Part shown: piece after piece, positions 1 to 19,215 of the stretch
Layout: every line of letters starts with the position of its first letter
How positions within the stretch are numbered: position 1 is the stretch's first letter
NCBI GenBank assembly: GCA_950097015.1
Contig: CATNEN010000003.1
Span: forward strand, 7,192,001-7,256,000
Length of the DNA: 64,000 nucleotides
Source: Macrostomum hystrix
Taxonomy: Eukaryota; Animalia; Platyhelminthes
Reading direction: 5' to 3'
Notes under the pieces: model-generated
What the model saw: the letters and a program-made list of their open reading frames with translations, nothing else
The model's database searches: none
Told to the model about the DNA's origin: nothing
Translations under genes and position numbers: made by a program

Positions 1-98
1 CCAACATGATGCCGAATGCTATTTTTAGTTTTAGAAGCTGAATGGAAAATTAGCATGCAGAGTAGATTTGAAATGTATATTTGTCTTTGAGAACGTTA

Positions 99-1226
99 CT
101 AGCAAGTTTTGCCCCCCTTCGGGGAGCAGAAATATTTTTAATTCGTCTAGTATATACTTTTTTGCAGCTGCATTTTCAGCTTTTTTATGCTACAATGATC
201 ACCCAGTTGAAAATGATTCCCCAGTTGACAAGGATCACCCAGTTGAAAATGATTCCCCAGTTGACAATGATCACCCAGTTGACAATGATCCCCCAGTTGA
301 CAATGATCCCCCAGTTGAAAATGATCACCCAGTTGAAAATGATTCCCCAGTTGACAATGATCACCCAGTTGAAAATGATCCCCCAGTTGACAATGATCCC
401 CCAGTTGAAAATGATCACCCAGTTGACAATGATCCCCCAGTTGACAATGATCACCCAGTTGACAATGATCACCCAGTTGACAATGATCACCCAGTTGACA
501 ATGATCCCCCAGTTGACAATGATCACCCAGTTGAAAATGATCCCCCAGTTGACAATGATCCCCCCAGTTGAAAATGATCCCCCAGTTGACAATGATCCCC
601 CAGTTGACAATGATCCCCCAGTTGACAATGATCCCCCAGTTGACAATTATCCCCCAGTTGACAAGGATCCCCCAGTTGACAAGGATCCCCCAGTTGACAA
701 TGATCACCCAGTTGACAATTATCCCTTAGTTGACAATGATCCCCCAGTTGATAATGATCCCCCCGTTGACAATGATCACCCAGTTGAAAATGATCCCCCA
801 GTTGACAATGATCCCCCAGTTGATAATGATCACCCAGTTGACAATGATCGCCGAGTTGACAGTGATCCCCCAGTTGACAATGATCCCCCAGTTGAAAATG
901 ATCCCCCAGTTGACAGTGATCCCCCAGTTGACAATGATCCCCCAGTTGAAAATGATCCCCCAGTTGACAATGATCCCCCAGTTGACAATGATCCCCCAGT
1001 TGAAAATGATCCCCCAGTTGACAGTGATCCCCCAGTTGATGATTATCCCATCCATCCCATCGCATCCATGACTACTGACTGACAATTAGTTTAAATGATT
1101 TGACGCAGTGCAGAATCGTACCAGGGACACTTCGCCTAGCCTAGCCTAACCTATTCCTAGTGCCTACACATCGGCTACTCCGACTGTTGGATTGTTGATG
1201 CAAAAATTAGCCTTACGTAGTATAAA
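99..1226 (-). mobile_element. Non-autonomous Helitron related to the large element, carrying an 18-bp minisatellite
   Basis: 99-~160 (ctagcaagttttgccccccttcggggagcagaaata) matches the 3' terminus at 23295 (hairpin + CTAG on minus, followed by T). ~1070-1215 matches 43530-43660 of the large element. The 5' end is uncertain; the candidate near 1226 reads TTTATACTACG on minus. Confidence 0.75.
192..1045. repeat. 18-bp minisatellite (GACAATGATCCCCCAGTT)n
   Basis: Directly visible tandem array; it accounts for the DNDPPV / MIPQLT repetitive ORFs. Confidence 0.95.
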
Positions 1227-1729
1227 CAATCACTTTGCCCATGAAATAGACACCCTGTTAATTGTTTCGCAGGAGTAACTTCAACAGCAAGTCATTGCCA
1301 AAAGCCAAATGACATCCGAACAAAGGGATCTAATGTGTTTGTATCTGAAAATAGCCCCATAAGAAATTCTCTTTAACACCATTAATTTGCTGACATGTAT
1401 AGTGAGATAGAAGAATGCAAAAACGTGTTGTTTCACTTGTGTGAAGATCTAATTGAGCCTATATAAACACATAGAAGTTACTTTGCATTCAAGTCAAGGG
1501 AGAGCTGTCATCTTTTGTGTTGCTACCCATTTTTGACAGCATGGCTCATTGTGAATTGGAATCAAATGCAGAAATAAAGACAATGGCACACATTATATTG
1601 GCAGAAAATGAATGGACAGAAATAGCAAATAAAGACGTTGTAGCACAATGAAACAAATGCTGCACCCCAAATAAACGGAAGTGGACATCAGAACTGCTTC
1701 GCATGGCAGCAGAACTAATATAAAATTTA

Positions 1730-2035
1730 CATGGGGCTCTGGGCAATGGCACATCAGTTGGTGACATTTAGACCTGCAGTCAGCGAGGAGGCAATTATAC
1801 CCATTCCGCTGACTCCGGAGTACACACACACACACAGGACTCGGGCGCCAGTACTCAGGCACACACTCACACAGGTGTGTACATCTGCCTTGACTTTGTC
1901 ATCTGGACATTGGCTCTTAAGGGCGTCAATTGCATGACAAGCATCTTAAGCCTTCTCTCCGCGTCTGCAGCCCTAATGAATGTGGCCTCGCTGCGGAATC
2001 GAGCTCAGTGACCTTGGTGCAATAGCTAGACGCTT
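1730..2035 (-). mobile_element. tRNA-derived SINE, family A, copy 1
   Basis: Homologous to 9865-10125 (opposite orientation) and 56745-57020; shared motifs ggcacatca, gaggcaatt, gtgtacatctgc, tgtggcctcgc..ggaatcgagct. B-box-like GCTCGATTCC on minus. Confidence 0.7.
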
Positions 2036-2329
2036 TTCTCCACAATATACATATCCATGAGAGAAAAGAGCTGGTATATAATTATGAGAACACTAGTTTC
2101 AGCACCTCCCATTTTATGTTCCATTTTATGTAGCCTAGCTTGAGACTTCACTTAATATAAATGAAAAAGCCAAACAATGCCTGATCATTATTTTATGTAT
2201 TATGGCATCTGTAGCCGCACCATGCCACATTAAACTTATTTAGGATTGGAACGTTTTGTAGCAACTCAAGCTTTTTAGGGCCAATACTAAATCAATTTGC
2301 CGCATTTTTCGAACTGTGGTCAATTATCG

Positions 2330-3645
2330 GAAACGTCGCATTTTCGAGAAGACTAGTAGGTCTATTGAGACGTCACGTTGTCAAAAAGTCTAGGTCTGTT
2401 TAAAACGTCGCATTATCGAGAAGTCAGTTGGTTTATTGAAACGTCGCATTGTCGAGAAGTCAGTTGGTTTATTGAAACGTCGCATTATCGAGAAGTCAGT
2501 TGGTTTATTGAAACGTCGCACTGTCGAGAAATCATGCAGTAGGTTTATTGAAACGTCGCATTGTCAGGAAGTCTGTTGGTTTATTGAAACACGCAATGTC
2601 GAGAAGTCAGTTGGTTTATTGAAACGTCGCATTGTCGAGAAGTCAGTTGGTTTTTTGAAACGTCGCACTGTCGAGAAATCATGCAGCAGGTTTATTGAAA
2701 CGTCGCATTGTCAGGAAGTCTGTTGGTTTATTGAAACACGCAATGTCGAGAAGTCAGTTGGTTTATTGAAACGTCGCACTGTCGAGAAATCATGCAGTAG
2801 GTTTATTGAAACGTCGCATTTTCAGGAAGTCTGTTGGTTTATTGAAACGTCGCACTGTCGAGAAGTCAGTTGGTTTATTGAAACGTCGCACTGTCGAGAA
2901 ATCATGCAGTAGGTTTATTGAAACGTCGCATTGTCAGGAAGTCTGTTGGTTTATTGAAACACGCAATGTCGAGAAGTCAGTTGGTTTATTGAAACGTCGC
3001 ACTGTCGAGAAATCATGCAGTAGGTTTATTGAAACGTCGCATTGTCAGGAAGTCTGTTGGTTTATTGAAACACGCAATGTCGAGAAGTCAGTTGGTTTAT
3101 TGAAACGTCGCATTGTCGAGAAGTCAGTTGGTTTATTGAAACGTCGCACTGTCGAGAAATCATGCAGTAGGTTTATTGAAACGTCGCATTGTCAGGAAGT
3201 CTGTTGGTTTATTGAAACGTCGCAATGTCGAGAAATCATGCAGTAGGTTTATTGAAACGTCACATTGTCGAGAAGTCAGTTGGTTTATTGAAACGTCGCA
3301 ATGTCGAGAAGTCTGTTGGTTTATTGAAACGTCGCAATGTCGAGAAGTCAGTTGGTTTATTGAAACGTCACATTGTCGAGAAGTCAGTTGGTTTATTGAA
3401 ACACGCAATGTCGAGAAGTCAGTTGGTTTATTGAAACGTCGCATTGTCGAGAAGTCAGTTGGTTTATTGAAACGTCGCACTGTCGAGAAATCATGCAGTA
3501 GGTTTATTGAAACGTCGCATTGTCAGGAAGTCTGTTGGTTTATTGAAACGTCGCAATGTCGAGAAGTCAGTTGGTTTATTGAAACGTCACATTGTCGAGA
3601 AGTCAGTTGGTTTATTGAAACGTCGCAATGTCGAGAAGTCTTATT
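2330..3645. repeat. ~36-bp minisatellite (GTTTATTGAAACGTCGCATTGTCGAGAAGTCAGTTG)n
   Basis: Tandem array with recurring variant units; gives 12-aa periodic spurious ORFs. Confidence 0.95.
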
Positions 3646-4544
3646 GGTCACTTATTAAACAGCCTCGATAAGTTGTCTAGACAACCTTGACTTATTAACG
3701 ATGTCAAGTTTTAAATTTTGAAATGTCAGCTTATGAAGTTTAGAACAGCGTCTTGGACGATGCAAAATTAACTCGTCAACCACGATAGTTGACCTTCTCA
3801 TTACCACTTAACTCCAATGGTATCTGAATATACGATCACTTTGTAGTCAGTTACAAATATCAAGATAGTACTAGGACAAAGTGTCCAATAATTATACCTG
3901 TATTGACCCGATATTTGGCAATGAGAAACGTGATAAGACAAAAAGAACTAGTCATTTTGTTGCACTTTTTATAGGCCTTTACCGATGCCTGTACTATACT
4001 TTTTCTATCTTAATAACACAAAAGCGAACAGGTGAAAAATAAGTAAGAAACACACTCCAAAGCTTCAAAGCAGGAAATTTTATTTTTCACTTACGTAGAT
4101 ATGATTTTTTTCACCTAGTAGTGTTTGTAGGGCATTAGCACAATTTAAACAAATTTAAGACTTTAGTTTATCTTCGTACTAATACTTTCTTATTTATTGA
4201 TTTACGCATTCGTGTTGAAGACAATGGTTCTTACGCAACCAGGAGAGACAGAACCGCAGAAAACAATAGATGTCAGTTTTTGCACTTTAACGCAAACGAA
4301 GAAGAAAACAAGAACGAAGTGAAATACATTCCAAACCAAATTTATTTGGATTGCTAAAATATTAGGACCAAAAATAGCGTGAATGTCGAAAAGCGGGGCG
4401 GCGTTAGTGGATATTGCGATCGATTCAGCTATGCAACTAGTATTATTTCATAATTAGCTGGTGTGTACAAGCCTGCCTATCAGTGACATTAGACCCAAGA
4501 ATTTGAGACGGACAACAGAGAATACTGTAAAACTGATTTAGGAT

Positions 4545-5045
4545 GGGAGACAAGAGTGAAAGATAGGGGAGGGAGACAGGAGAGGGTGAAAGAAAGAGGG
4601 AGACAGGAGAGGGTGAAAGAAAGAGGGAGACAGGAGAGGGACACGGGAGAGGTATACAGGAGAAGAAAACAAGAGAGGGAGACAAGAGAAGAAGACAGGA
4701 GAGGTAGACAGGAGAGGGAGACAGGAGAGGTAGACAGGAGAGGGAGACGGGAGAGGGAGACAGGAGAGGGAGACAGGAGAGGGAGACAGGAGAGGGAGAC
4801 AGGAGAGGGAGACAGGAGAGGGAGACGGGAGAGGGAGACAGGAGAGGTAGACAGGAGAGGGAGACAGGAGAGGGAGACGGGAGAGGGAGACAGGAGAGGT
4901 AGACAGGAGAGGGAGACAGGAGAGGGTGAAAGAAAGAGGGAGACAGGAGAGGGACACGGGAGAGGTAGACAGGAGAAGAAAACAGGAGAGGGAGACAAGA
5001 GAAGAAGACAGGAGACGTAGACGGGAGAGGGAGACAGGAGACAGA
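4545..5045. repeat. Purine-rich (GGAGAGGGAGACA)-type tandem repeat
   Basis: Visible low-complexity GA array downstream of YME1L. Confidence 0.9.
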
Positions 5046-5778
5046 ACACAGTCAGAAGGACTTGCAGACGCAGTCACGAGCAAGTGAGAGGCAATCGGAT
5101 TACGCAGGGGATCTGGGGAGATATTGAGTCAGACGAAGGAAGACAAAGAACCCGAGTGTGGAAAAGAAGAACAGGAAAATTTGTTTGTAACAGAACTGAG
5201 ACGCAAAGCACTAAAACGAGGCCCAAAAATGAAAACCTCATGAAAAGAAAACACAATTTTATTTGCAAATCAGACAATCAAATTTTAATTAGTAAGGGAA
5301 ACACGAATGCCACTATGAAATTTCTCTCACTAAGATTAGTTACAACAAAGGGCAAGCGGAGAGAATAGTACATTTATATTTCAAACGCACAAGCAATAGG
5401 CTTTGAGTAAATTTAAGTAGTATTTTTTATTAACGACAACTGGATAATAACCAATAGTACTACTTTACTGTAATAGAAGCAAAAACTATAAAACACTGTG
5501 TTTTCTATGCCAAGATCAGTTTTCTATAATCCAATGCAGCTAAGTAAAAATGGCATATTTCGCTCTATTGCTGCACTACTTTAAGTGGTAGTGAAAGCAT
5601 TTTATTCATTTTTTTCAAAACGAAAATATACATTTGTCTTTAATCTCTATAGCTAGCCTGCACTAAACCCAGAATAACGCAACGAACTAATAACCAAACA
5701 GAAAAACAAAGACTTCAATTTCTCAATCAAGACAGCTTTAGTAGCGTCGACAGGAGCGCGTTAGAGTAGATGCCGAAT

Positions 5779-12649
<6,871 letters not shown>

Positions 12650-13159
12650 TTTAAAGCTGAATTTGTATTTTTAACTTGAATCAATGAGGGTTTTAACAAA
12701 ATTCAAAGCATATATAAATTAGGATAAAGAACAGACAGTCTAGTACACATAAGCCTATGGGTATAGAATTTCAATGCAGCTTTAAATTACTAGATCCAAA
12801 ATACAAACCAAAATCCTAAGATCCTAAATCCTAATGCTAATCTTTAAAATTTAATAGCAGGACTAACACAGGTGGTGACTGATTGGTTGACAGACTAGGC
12901 GAGGGTGTCCTGTGGTTGAGCTGCGCCTAATAATTAGACTTTATCTGTGAAATTGGAGAAATTTGCGTCAGGGTGTCTATATGTCTATAGTGGCCTAGTT
13001 CCACCTGTTTCAGCCCTTGAAGGTCCAGCAGTCCATATAGATAAAAATAGGTGCATGAATTACACTAGTGCTTATTGGAAAAAATTTTCTGACCTTCAGC
13101 CAGAACCATTGAATATCTTGATGGTCTAAACACGTGGCGACTTGATTCTTGTTTTAGAA

Positions 13160-13687
13160 CAGGGGTCGGCAAACTTATTAGCGTATGGGCCACGGAGAGA
13201 ACCTAAAAGACGACAGCGGGCCGCATTAACTGTAGGAATATGAGAAAGGGGAGAGATGAGACAGGGGAGAGATGAGACAGGGGAGAGATGAGACAGGGGA
13301 GAGATGAGACAGGGGAAAGATGAGACAGGGGAGAGATGAGACAGGCATGAAATGAGACAGGCGAGAGATGAGACAGGGATGAGATGAGACAGGGGAGAGA
13401 TGAGACAGGGATGAGATGAGACAGGGATGAGATGAGACAGGGATGAGATGAGACAGGGATGAGATGAGACACAGGATAGATGAGACATGGGATAAACTAT
13501 AAACCAGATGAGAGACAGGAAAGATGAGACAGGGGACACGGGAGAGATGAGAATCTCAATCTACAGATGAGAGAGATGAGGCAGGGGAAAGATAAGACAG
13601 GACTATAGGAGTTGGAGGAGCAACAGGCCGGATTTGGGAGCTTTGAGGGCCGCATCTGGCCCGCGGGCCGGAGTTTGCCGACCCCTG
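13160..13687. mobile_element. hAT (Charlie/Buster-like) MITE with an internal GAGATGAGACAGGG repeat
   Basis: Perfect 16-bp TIRs CAGGGGTCGGCAAACT...AGTTTGCCGACCCCTG; perfect 8-bp TSD TTTTAGAA at 13152-13159 and 13688-13695. Confidence 0.93.
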
Positions 13688-15399
13688 TTTTAGAAGATGC
13701 ACAACAAAATTTTGACCTGTGTTCTTGAGTTTAGTGTGCTTGTGCTGCACATTTAAATTTAAGATTTAAGATTTAAATTCAATGTAATTATATGACAATG
13801 TTTATATATCACATTTATCTTGGTGTCATTAGTAAGCATTTTACAAATTTTGTTTTTCAATTTCACTCTTTCATTTTTTACTACATTGCTTTAGAGCTTT
13901 AAATAATTAAACAGGTGTGTTTAAATATGATAGATAGACTTCATACACAGAAGCAACTAACTATGTACAAAAAGGAGGTCTTATTTACTTTTAAGAATTC
14001 TGTTTTAATTAAAGTACTGTTACATTTAAGGTCAGCTTTATACAATATTGTTTTTTGCTAATTAAAAGAAACATTTAAGTTTTATTCAATTAAAAAAATA
14101 ATCCTATTGTTTTACAAGTTTATTTTCAACTGGTTTTACAAATACAATTTTAATGATTTTTATAGTAAAAAATGTTAACCAGGACTAACAGCAAAACAAA
14201 CAACAACTAACAAGCTACTTAGACATTTCAGTTGTAGCAGTTAATATTTTACTAGAATTTGACAATGTTCATTTTTGTTTGAATGATGTCTGCATAACTC
14301 AAAACCATACTATATAAACAAGTCCTAAATGATATTTAGTCTAGAAAATGCAACTTGCTCTCATAGTTCATAGCAAAAAGCTGTTCTAAACAAATAATGA
14401 GTATTCCTTATTTAGCTGAAGTCTATAAGCTAGAATTTATAGGCTATAAGAGAAATAATTTGCATTGAATGAGATACAAAAGATTGGATCTAACCATCTT
14501 TTTTACCTAGAAAGTGATTGAATATTACAAGTCTATAAAGGGAAGTGCATAAAATAAGGAATAATTCTAAAATAAGAAAGATGAAGTGTGTGTGTATATA
14601 TATGTATGTGACTAGACACCCAGACACCCTATGATCCATTGGTAGCCCTATAATTGAACTAGAATTATAAGACTGTGCATACATGCGAGGGCCAAGCAAG
14701 GTAAGTCGCAAAAACCAATCAACCAAGCGCAAAAAAATCAAAGGGGGGACCAAGGGACAAAAAAGGAAGGTGTGCAGAAAAGGAAAGAGGGGAGAGAAAA
14801 AGAGAGCAAATGAGAGCAAACTAAGTAGTAAATAGAGCAAAAACTAAGTCACATGGCTGGCTAAGATTTGGGAGGTTGCGCATGTATGAGACTGTGTCAA
14901 AGTAGCAAAAACCAGTGAAGATAATACATACATATTATCTTCACTTTGAAGAGTTATTCAAATTAATATGCTAAACAAGTGTCTTGCTGCTTGGCCACTT
15001 ACATGCTACCATAAGAGTAAATTATACTCTAAATTTAACAAAAATGTTTTATATTGGTTACAATAAATATAGCAGAATTTACATAATAGGCCTAAGAAAA
15101 GAGCCCTATGTCAGTGTGCGGTTGTTTCATCTGCTGCCTTTTTGTCTGTTATATAGTATTTTGGTTGAAATAATGACCATTTTCCATAGGCATAGTGTTA
15201 AGAAAAAAATTTCCTATCATAATATTTAATGTAAGGTTTATTCATAAAGTAATATCAGTTTATATGCATGTTTCTTCTACTTTTGCAAAAGAAAGAACTT
15301 TAAACGTTTGTTAGTAAGTGTAGCTAACTTGGTGCATTCGCGAAAACACAATAAAAGTGGTTCAGAAAGCACTAAGTAATATATTAGTGCTTTCACAAA

Positions 15400-15580
15400 C
15401 ACAACTGCATGCTCCACAATTTGATTCCCGACTCCACTGAAACAATTTGTGTCCTTTAGCAAGACACTTAACTCTGCATTGCTTCAGTTCACCCAGCTGT
15501 TAAATGGGTAGGCCTACTAGCATTAGCTAGGATAATTGAAAGTGGGTGTGGCGTCCCCCTAGTCCATGGACTGACAGCCA
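15400..15580 (+). mobile_element. SINE family B with a MIR/CORE-like central domain
   Basis: gtgtcctttagcaagacacttaactctgcattgcttcagttcacccagctgttaaatgggta resembles the CORE domain; a homologous inverted copy lies at 50880-51035. Confidence 0.65.
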
Positions 15581-17452
15581 TACGCAGCCTAAAAATAGGC
15601 CTAAACAATAAAGACGTGTTTACTGCATTGTTACTGTCAAAGTTAGAAGTGAAAAACGAAAATGAAAATGTGGTGCAACTGGCAAGTTGAATTCCCGCCA
15701 AGTAATAAAATATGTATCATGTAAGTAATTAAAGTTACAGTGCATCTAATTGCACCCAGTTGACAAAAATTCAACATTTCTCATTGATAGTTGACAAAGA
15801 TTGCATTGTTCCTATTGGTAGTTGACAAACATTCCAACTACCAATGAATTTTCAACAACTCTCAGTTGACGAAAATTCTAGGATCCAATCAAACCACCCA
15901 AGACATAGAACAGCCAAAAACTCAGAAAATGGTCACATCATTAAAAAAACTGACACTATGCTTAAAGTATTTGCTTAGGGCCTATAGTAGCCCTAGCTCA
16001 AACAGTTGTTAGCTTTTGTAAAATAATTAAATGTAGAGGATCATCCAAAAATCATGGCCATGGGGTGTAGTTAGTGTACATGGTGGTGTGCATATGGCTA
16101 GGCTTATACAGTATAGATTTGAGTCACAGCAACTTTTAATAGTAATAACACACTTTAAAATAGCTACTTTAGCGATTGCTTGACTAGGCCTACCTTTGTC
16201 CTTTGTCTAAGTCCAAACCAAATGCCAATGGACCCGCCCATGTACAAATTAAAGTGTGTGTCAGTGTGCTGAACATGAACATGAAAACTCAGCTTAACAA
16301 TGTGTTCGCTCATGTGATAGATAGCCCTTTAAGTTTATTTCTAGCTAGTTTATTGATACAAAACACATGATTAAAAATAGCCATAGATAGTAAGGCTGGC
16401 TTGCGTCACGTATCTGCTAATCAATGGTAAATATTTTATTTATTAAAATTATAAAATTATAAAATATAGCATTCATGGTCTAAGTAATAAAACTTCTCTT
16501 AATTAGACATCGAAATAAATAGTAAGTTGCTAACATGACTTGCTAACTGTTAATAAATGTTAATAACTGTCTTTATCGATCGTGATACGTTACGAATTCA
16601 CTTCTAGGAAAGAATAGGTTATTTAAACAAAAAATATTAGCAACTGCATTGCAACAGATCTGTAAACAGGTATCGAAAAGTTTTTTAATTAAAAAAAACG
16701 TATTAAATAAATTTATTTGTTATACGCTTAGCTAAAAAAATTCAAATGCAAATTAGACGCGCGTACGGGCTCACCATGAACGATCTGTACTAGATAAGAC
16801 GTGTGATGCGCAGGTGCTCAGTTACAAATTTATAGTCGTTTAGTTTCTTAAGTGGTTCTTGGCTCAGCATACACGCACTGATGCCTCTAATTCACTGTTA
16901 TGAATTGTAGACCTTACTACGAGTGCATAATAGCAATTTGACAAAAAGTTTCACAAGAAAGGAAGTCAGTAGAAATAATATGCCATTGCACATTAGCCTC
17001 GTGTGAATTTAATGCTAGGACCACTAGGAGTAGATTACTCCTACTCTACTCCTATAGTGATCCTTTATTTAATGCTGCAGGGTTATGCAAGACAAAGTGA
17101 CTAAAGCAGCTCGTGTGATAGAAAATACTCGTAATTTGCACGTTTACAATTACTTTCAATACATCTATAATTGAATTGCAATAAGCTAATTGTTCTCTAG
17201 TGATATCTAGAAATGTTTAAACAAATAAAGGAAACTAATGGCCCAGATGACAAAATGCACTCTGTCACATGGTTATGGACTATAACTGTATAAATAGAAG
17301 CGAGCCAATGACAATAAATTCACACAGAATTCAAAAGCTAGTTGTAGAAAATAGCTAATCGAGGTAAAATCTAAGACTGCTGCAAACGAATATTATATAT
17401 CTGTATTATATATTATATATTATAAATTGCTTACTTAACTTGTGGAGTACAG

Positions 17453-18214
17453 ATGAGCTACTGCAGCAGGCTAATCCTACTTCTGGCAATAATTGAAATT
17501 AACTCACCGTTGGCTCTCACTCAGCAAGAAGTTGGATCCTACAAAAGTATCGAAGCCTCACTCTGCATCAACATTCAGTATATCCAGAGATTCATAAACG
17601 TTTATTCACTGACAATATGTGCCTACTGGTGCAGCAGCGACCAGCGCTGCCAGGCCTTCACCATGGCTGACGGTCCGTGTCAGCTGTTCGTGTTCGACAA
17701 GTGCAGCAAGTCGGTGAGGAACTGCAGCTGCTCCAGGAGAGGCCAGGTGTTTGTGAAGCATCAGCCGGGACTCGAGGCTGGCCAGCTGTGTCCGACTGGC
17801 TACGGAGACGACCTGTGCGGAGTGAAGTACAAGCTGTACTCTGGCACCGGGAACTGGTCGATGAGTAGGCAGAAATGCGAGTCGGAGAGCGGTCTGGTGA
17901 TCATGGCCGATGTTACCAACACCGATGAGATGAGAAACGTAGACATGATTTACGATCGTCGTAGCTCGACCGTCAAAAATTTCTATCTGGGCGGCTTTCA
18001 GCAACCGATGAGCCCGGAGCCAACCGGCGGTTGGTACTGGGTCGGCTGCAACAACAGCCTGGACAGCAGCCTCTGGGGCAGCAGCGAGCCAAACGATTTT
18101 GATAAGCTGGAAAATGTGGTTTCGCGATTCGATAGTCCATCGCTTACGGATGTTAATGAAGCTCACCACTTGATCACTTCTGTGCTGTGCGAATGTTTGG
18201 CGCCTTTCAACTGA
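17453..18214 (+). CDS. Secreted C-type lectin domain protein with an N-terminal PAN/apple-like Cys module (253 aa, intronless)
   Basis: Hydrophobic signal peptide; CAYWCSSDQRCQAF PAN-like motif; CTLD features (W..SRQKC, FYLGG, WYW, WGSSEPND with the EPN motif, terminal VLCEC). TATAAA near 17421 and AATAAA near 18305. Confidence 0.85.
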   Translation: MSYCSRLILLLAIIEINSPLALTQQEVGSYKSIEASLCINIQYIQRFINVYSLTICAYWCSSDQRCQAFTMADGPCQLFVFDKCSKSVRNCSCSRRGQVFVKHQPGLEAGQLCPTGYGDDLCGVKYKLYSGTGNWSMSRQKCESESGLVIMADVTNTDEMRNVDMIYDRRSSTVKNFYLGGFQQPMSPEPTGGWYWVGCNNSLDSSLWGSSEPNDFDKLENVVSRFDSPSLTDVNEAHHLITSVLCECLAPFN

Positions 18215-18384
18215 AATGCGAGATGAAAAAGACCTTCAAATTAGGCCAGGCAACTAAGATTGATGCTAACTTATTACAAAATAATACATTGCAAAATAAT
18301 TTGAATAAATAAATAATGTGGACAAGAGAGCCGATTACGCTGAATGAAAGTGAACGGTATGACGACTAAGAAATATTTATATGA

Positions 18385-19215
18385 GTCTTCTCTCCCCTGT
18401 CTCATCTCTCCTGTGTCTCATCTCTCCTGTGTCTTATCTCTCCCCTGTCTCATCTCTCCCGGTGTCTCATCTCTCCCGTGTCTCATCTCTCCTGTGTCTC
18501 ATCTCTCCTGTGTCTTATCTCTCCCCTGTCTCATCTCTCCCACTGACTCATATCTCCCTGTCTCATCTCTCCCCTGTCTTATCTCTCCTGTGTCTTATCT
18601 CTCCCATGTCTCATCTCTCCCCTTTCTCATCTCTCCCGGGTCTCATCTCTCCCACTGTCTCATCTCTCCCCTGTCTCATCTGTCCCGTGTCTCATCTCTC
18701 CCACTGTCTCATCTCTCCCGGTGTCTCATCTCTCCCGTGTCTCATCTCTCCTGGTGTCTCATCTCTCCCGTGTCTCATCTCTCCCGGTGTCTCATCTCTC
18801 CCGTGTCTCATCTCTCCTGTGTCTCATCTCTCCTGTGTCTTATCTCTCCCCTGTCTCATCTCTCCCACTGACTCATCTCTCCCTGTCTCATCTCTCCCCT
18901 GTCTTATCTCTCCTGTGTCTTATCTCTCCCATGTCTCATCTCTCCCCTTTCTCATCTCTCCCGTGTCTCATCTCTCCCACTGTCTCATCTCTCCCCTGTC
19001 TCATCTGTCCCGTGTCTCATCTCTCCCACTGTCTCATCTCTCCTGCGTCTCATCTCTCCCCTGTATCATCTCTCCCCTGTCTCATCTGTCCCGTGTCTCA
19101 TCTCTCCCACTGTCTCATCTCTCCCGTGTCTCATCTCTCCCGTGTCTCATCTCTCCCGTGTCTCATCTCTCCCGTGTCTCATCTCTCCCCTGTCTCATCG
19201 CTCCCACTACCTCAT
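18385..19215. repeat. Pyrimidine-rich (TGTCTCATCTCTCCC)n-type repeat
   Basis: Same unit, reverse-complemented, as the repeat inside the hAT MITE at 13240-13590. Confidence 0.9.

Noticed and set aside
68-1085. Long ORFs in several frames (DNDPPV, MIPQLT, QLGDHC repeats)
   Set aside because: By-product of a stop-poor 18-bp minisatellite inside a non-autonomous Helitron; no unique coding sequence.
2330-3658. CRISPR-like appearance of the 36-bp repeats (also the 35-37-bp arrays at 59856-62390)
   Set aside because: Units are head-to-tail with no unique spacers, there are no cas genes, and the context is eukaryotic.
4443-5083. ORFs from GA/TC-rich repeats (also 11143-11814, 13126-13539, 18344-19232, 51381-51800)
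   Set aside because: Low-complexity tandem-repeat translations.
17606-18169. Antisense ORFs over the lectin, GIMAP, RepHel and FARP exons (e.g. 51848-52459, 48807-49385)
   Set aside because: Shadow ORFs of GC-rich coding sequence on the opposite strand.
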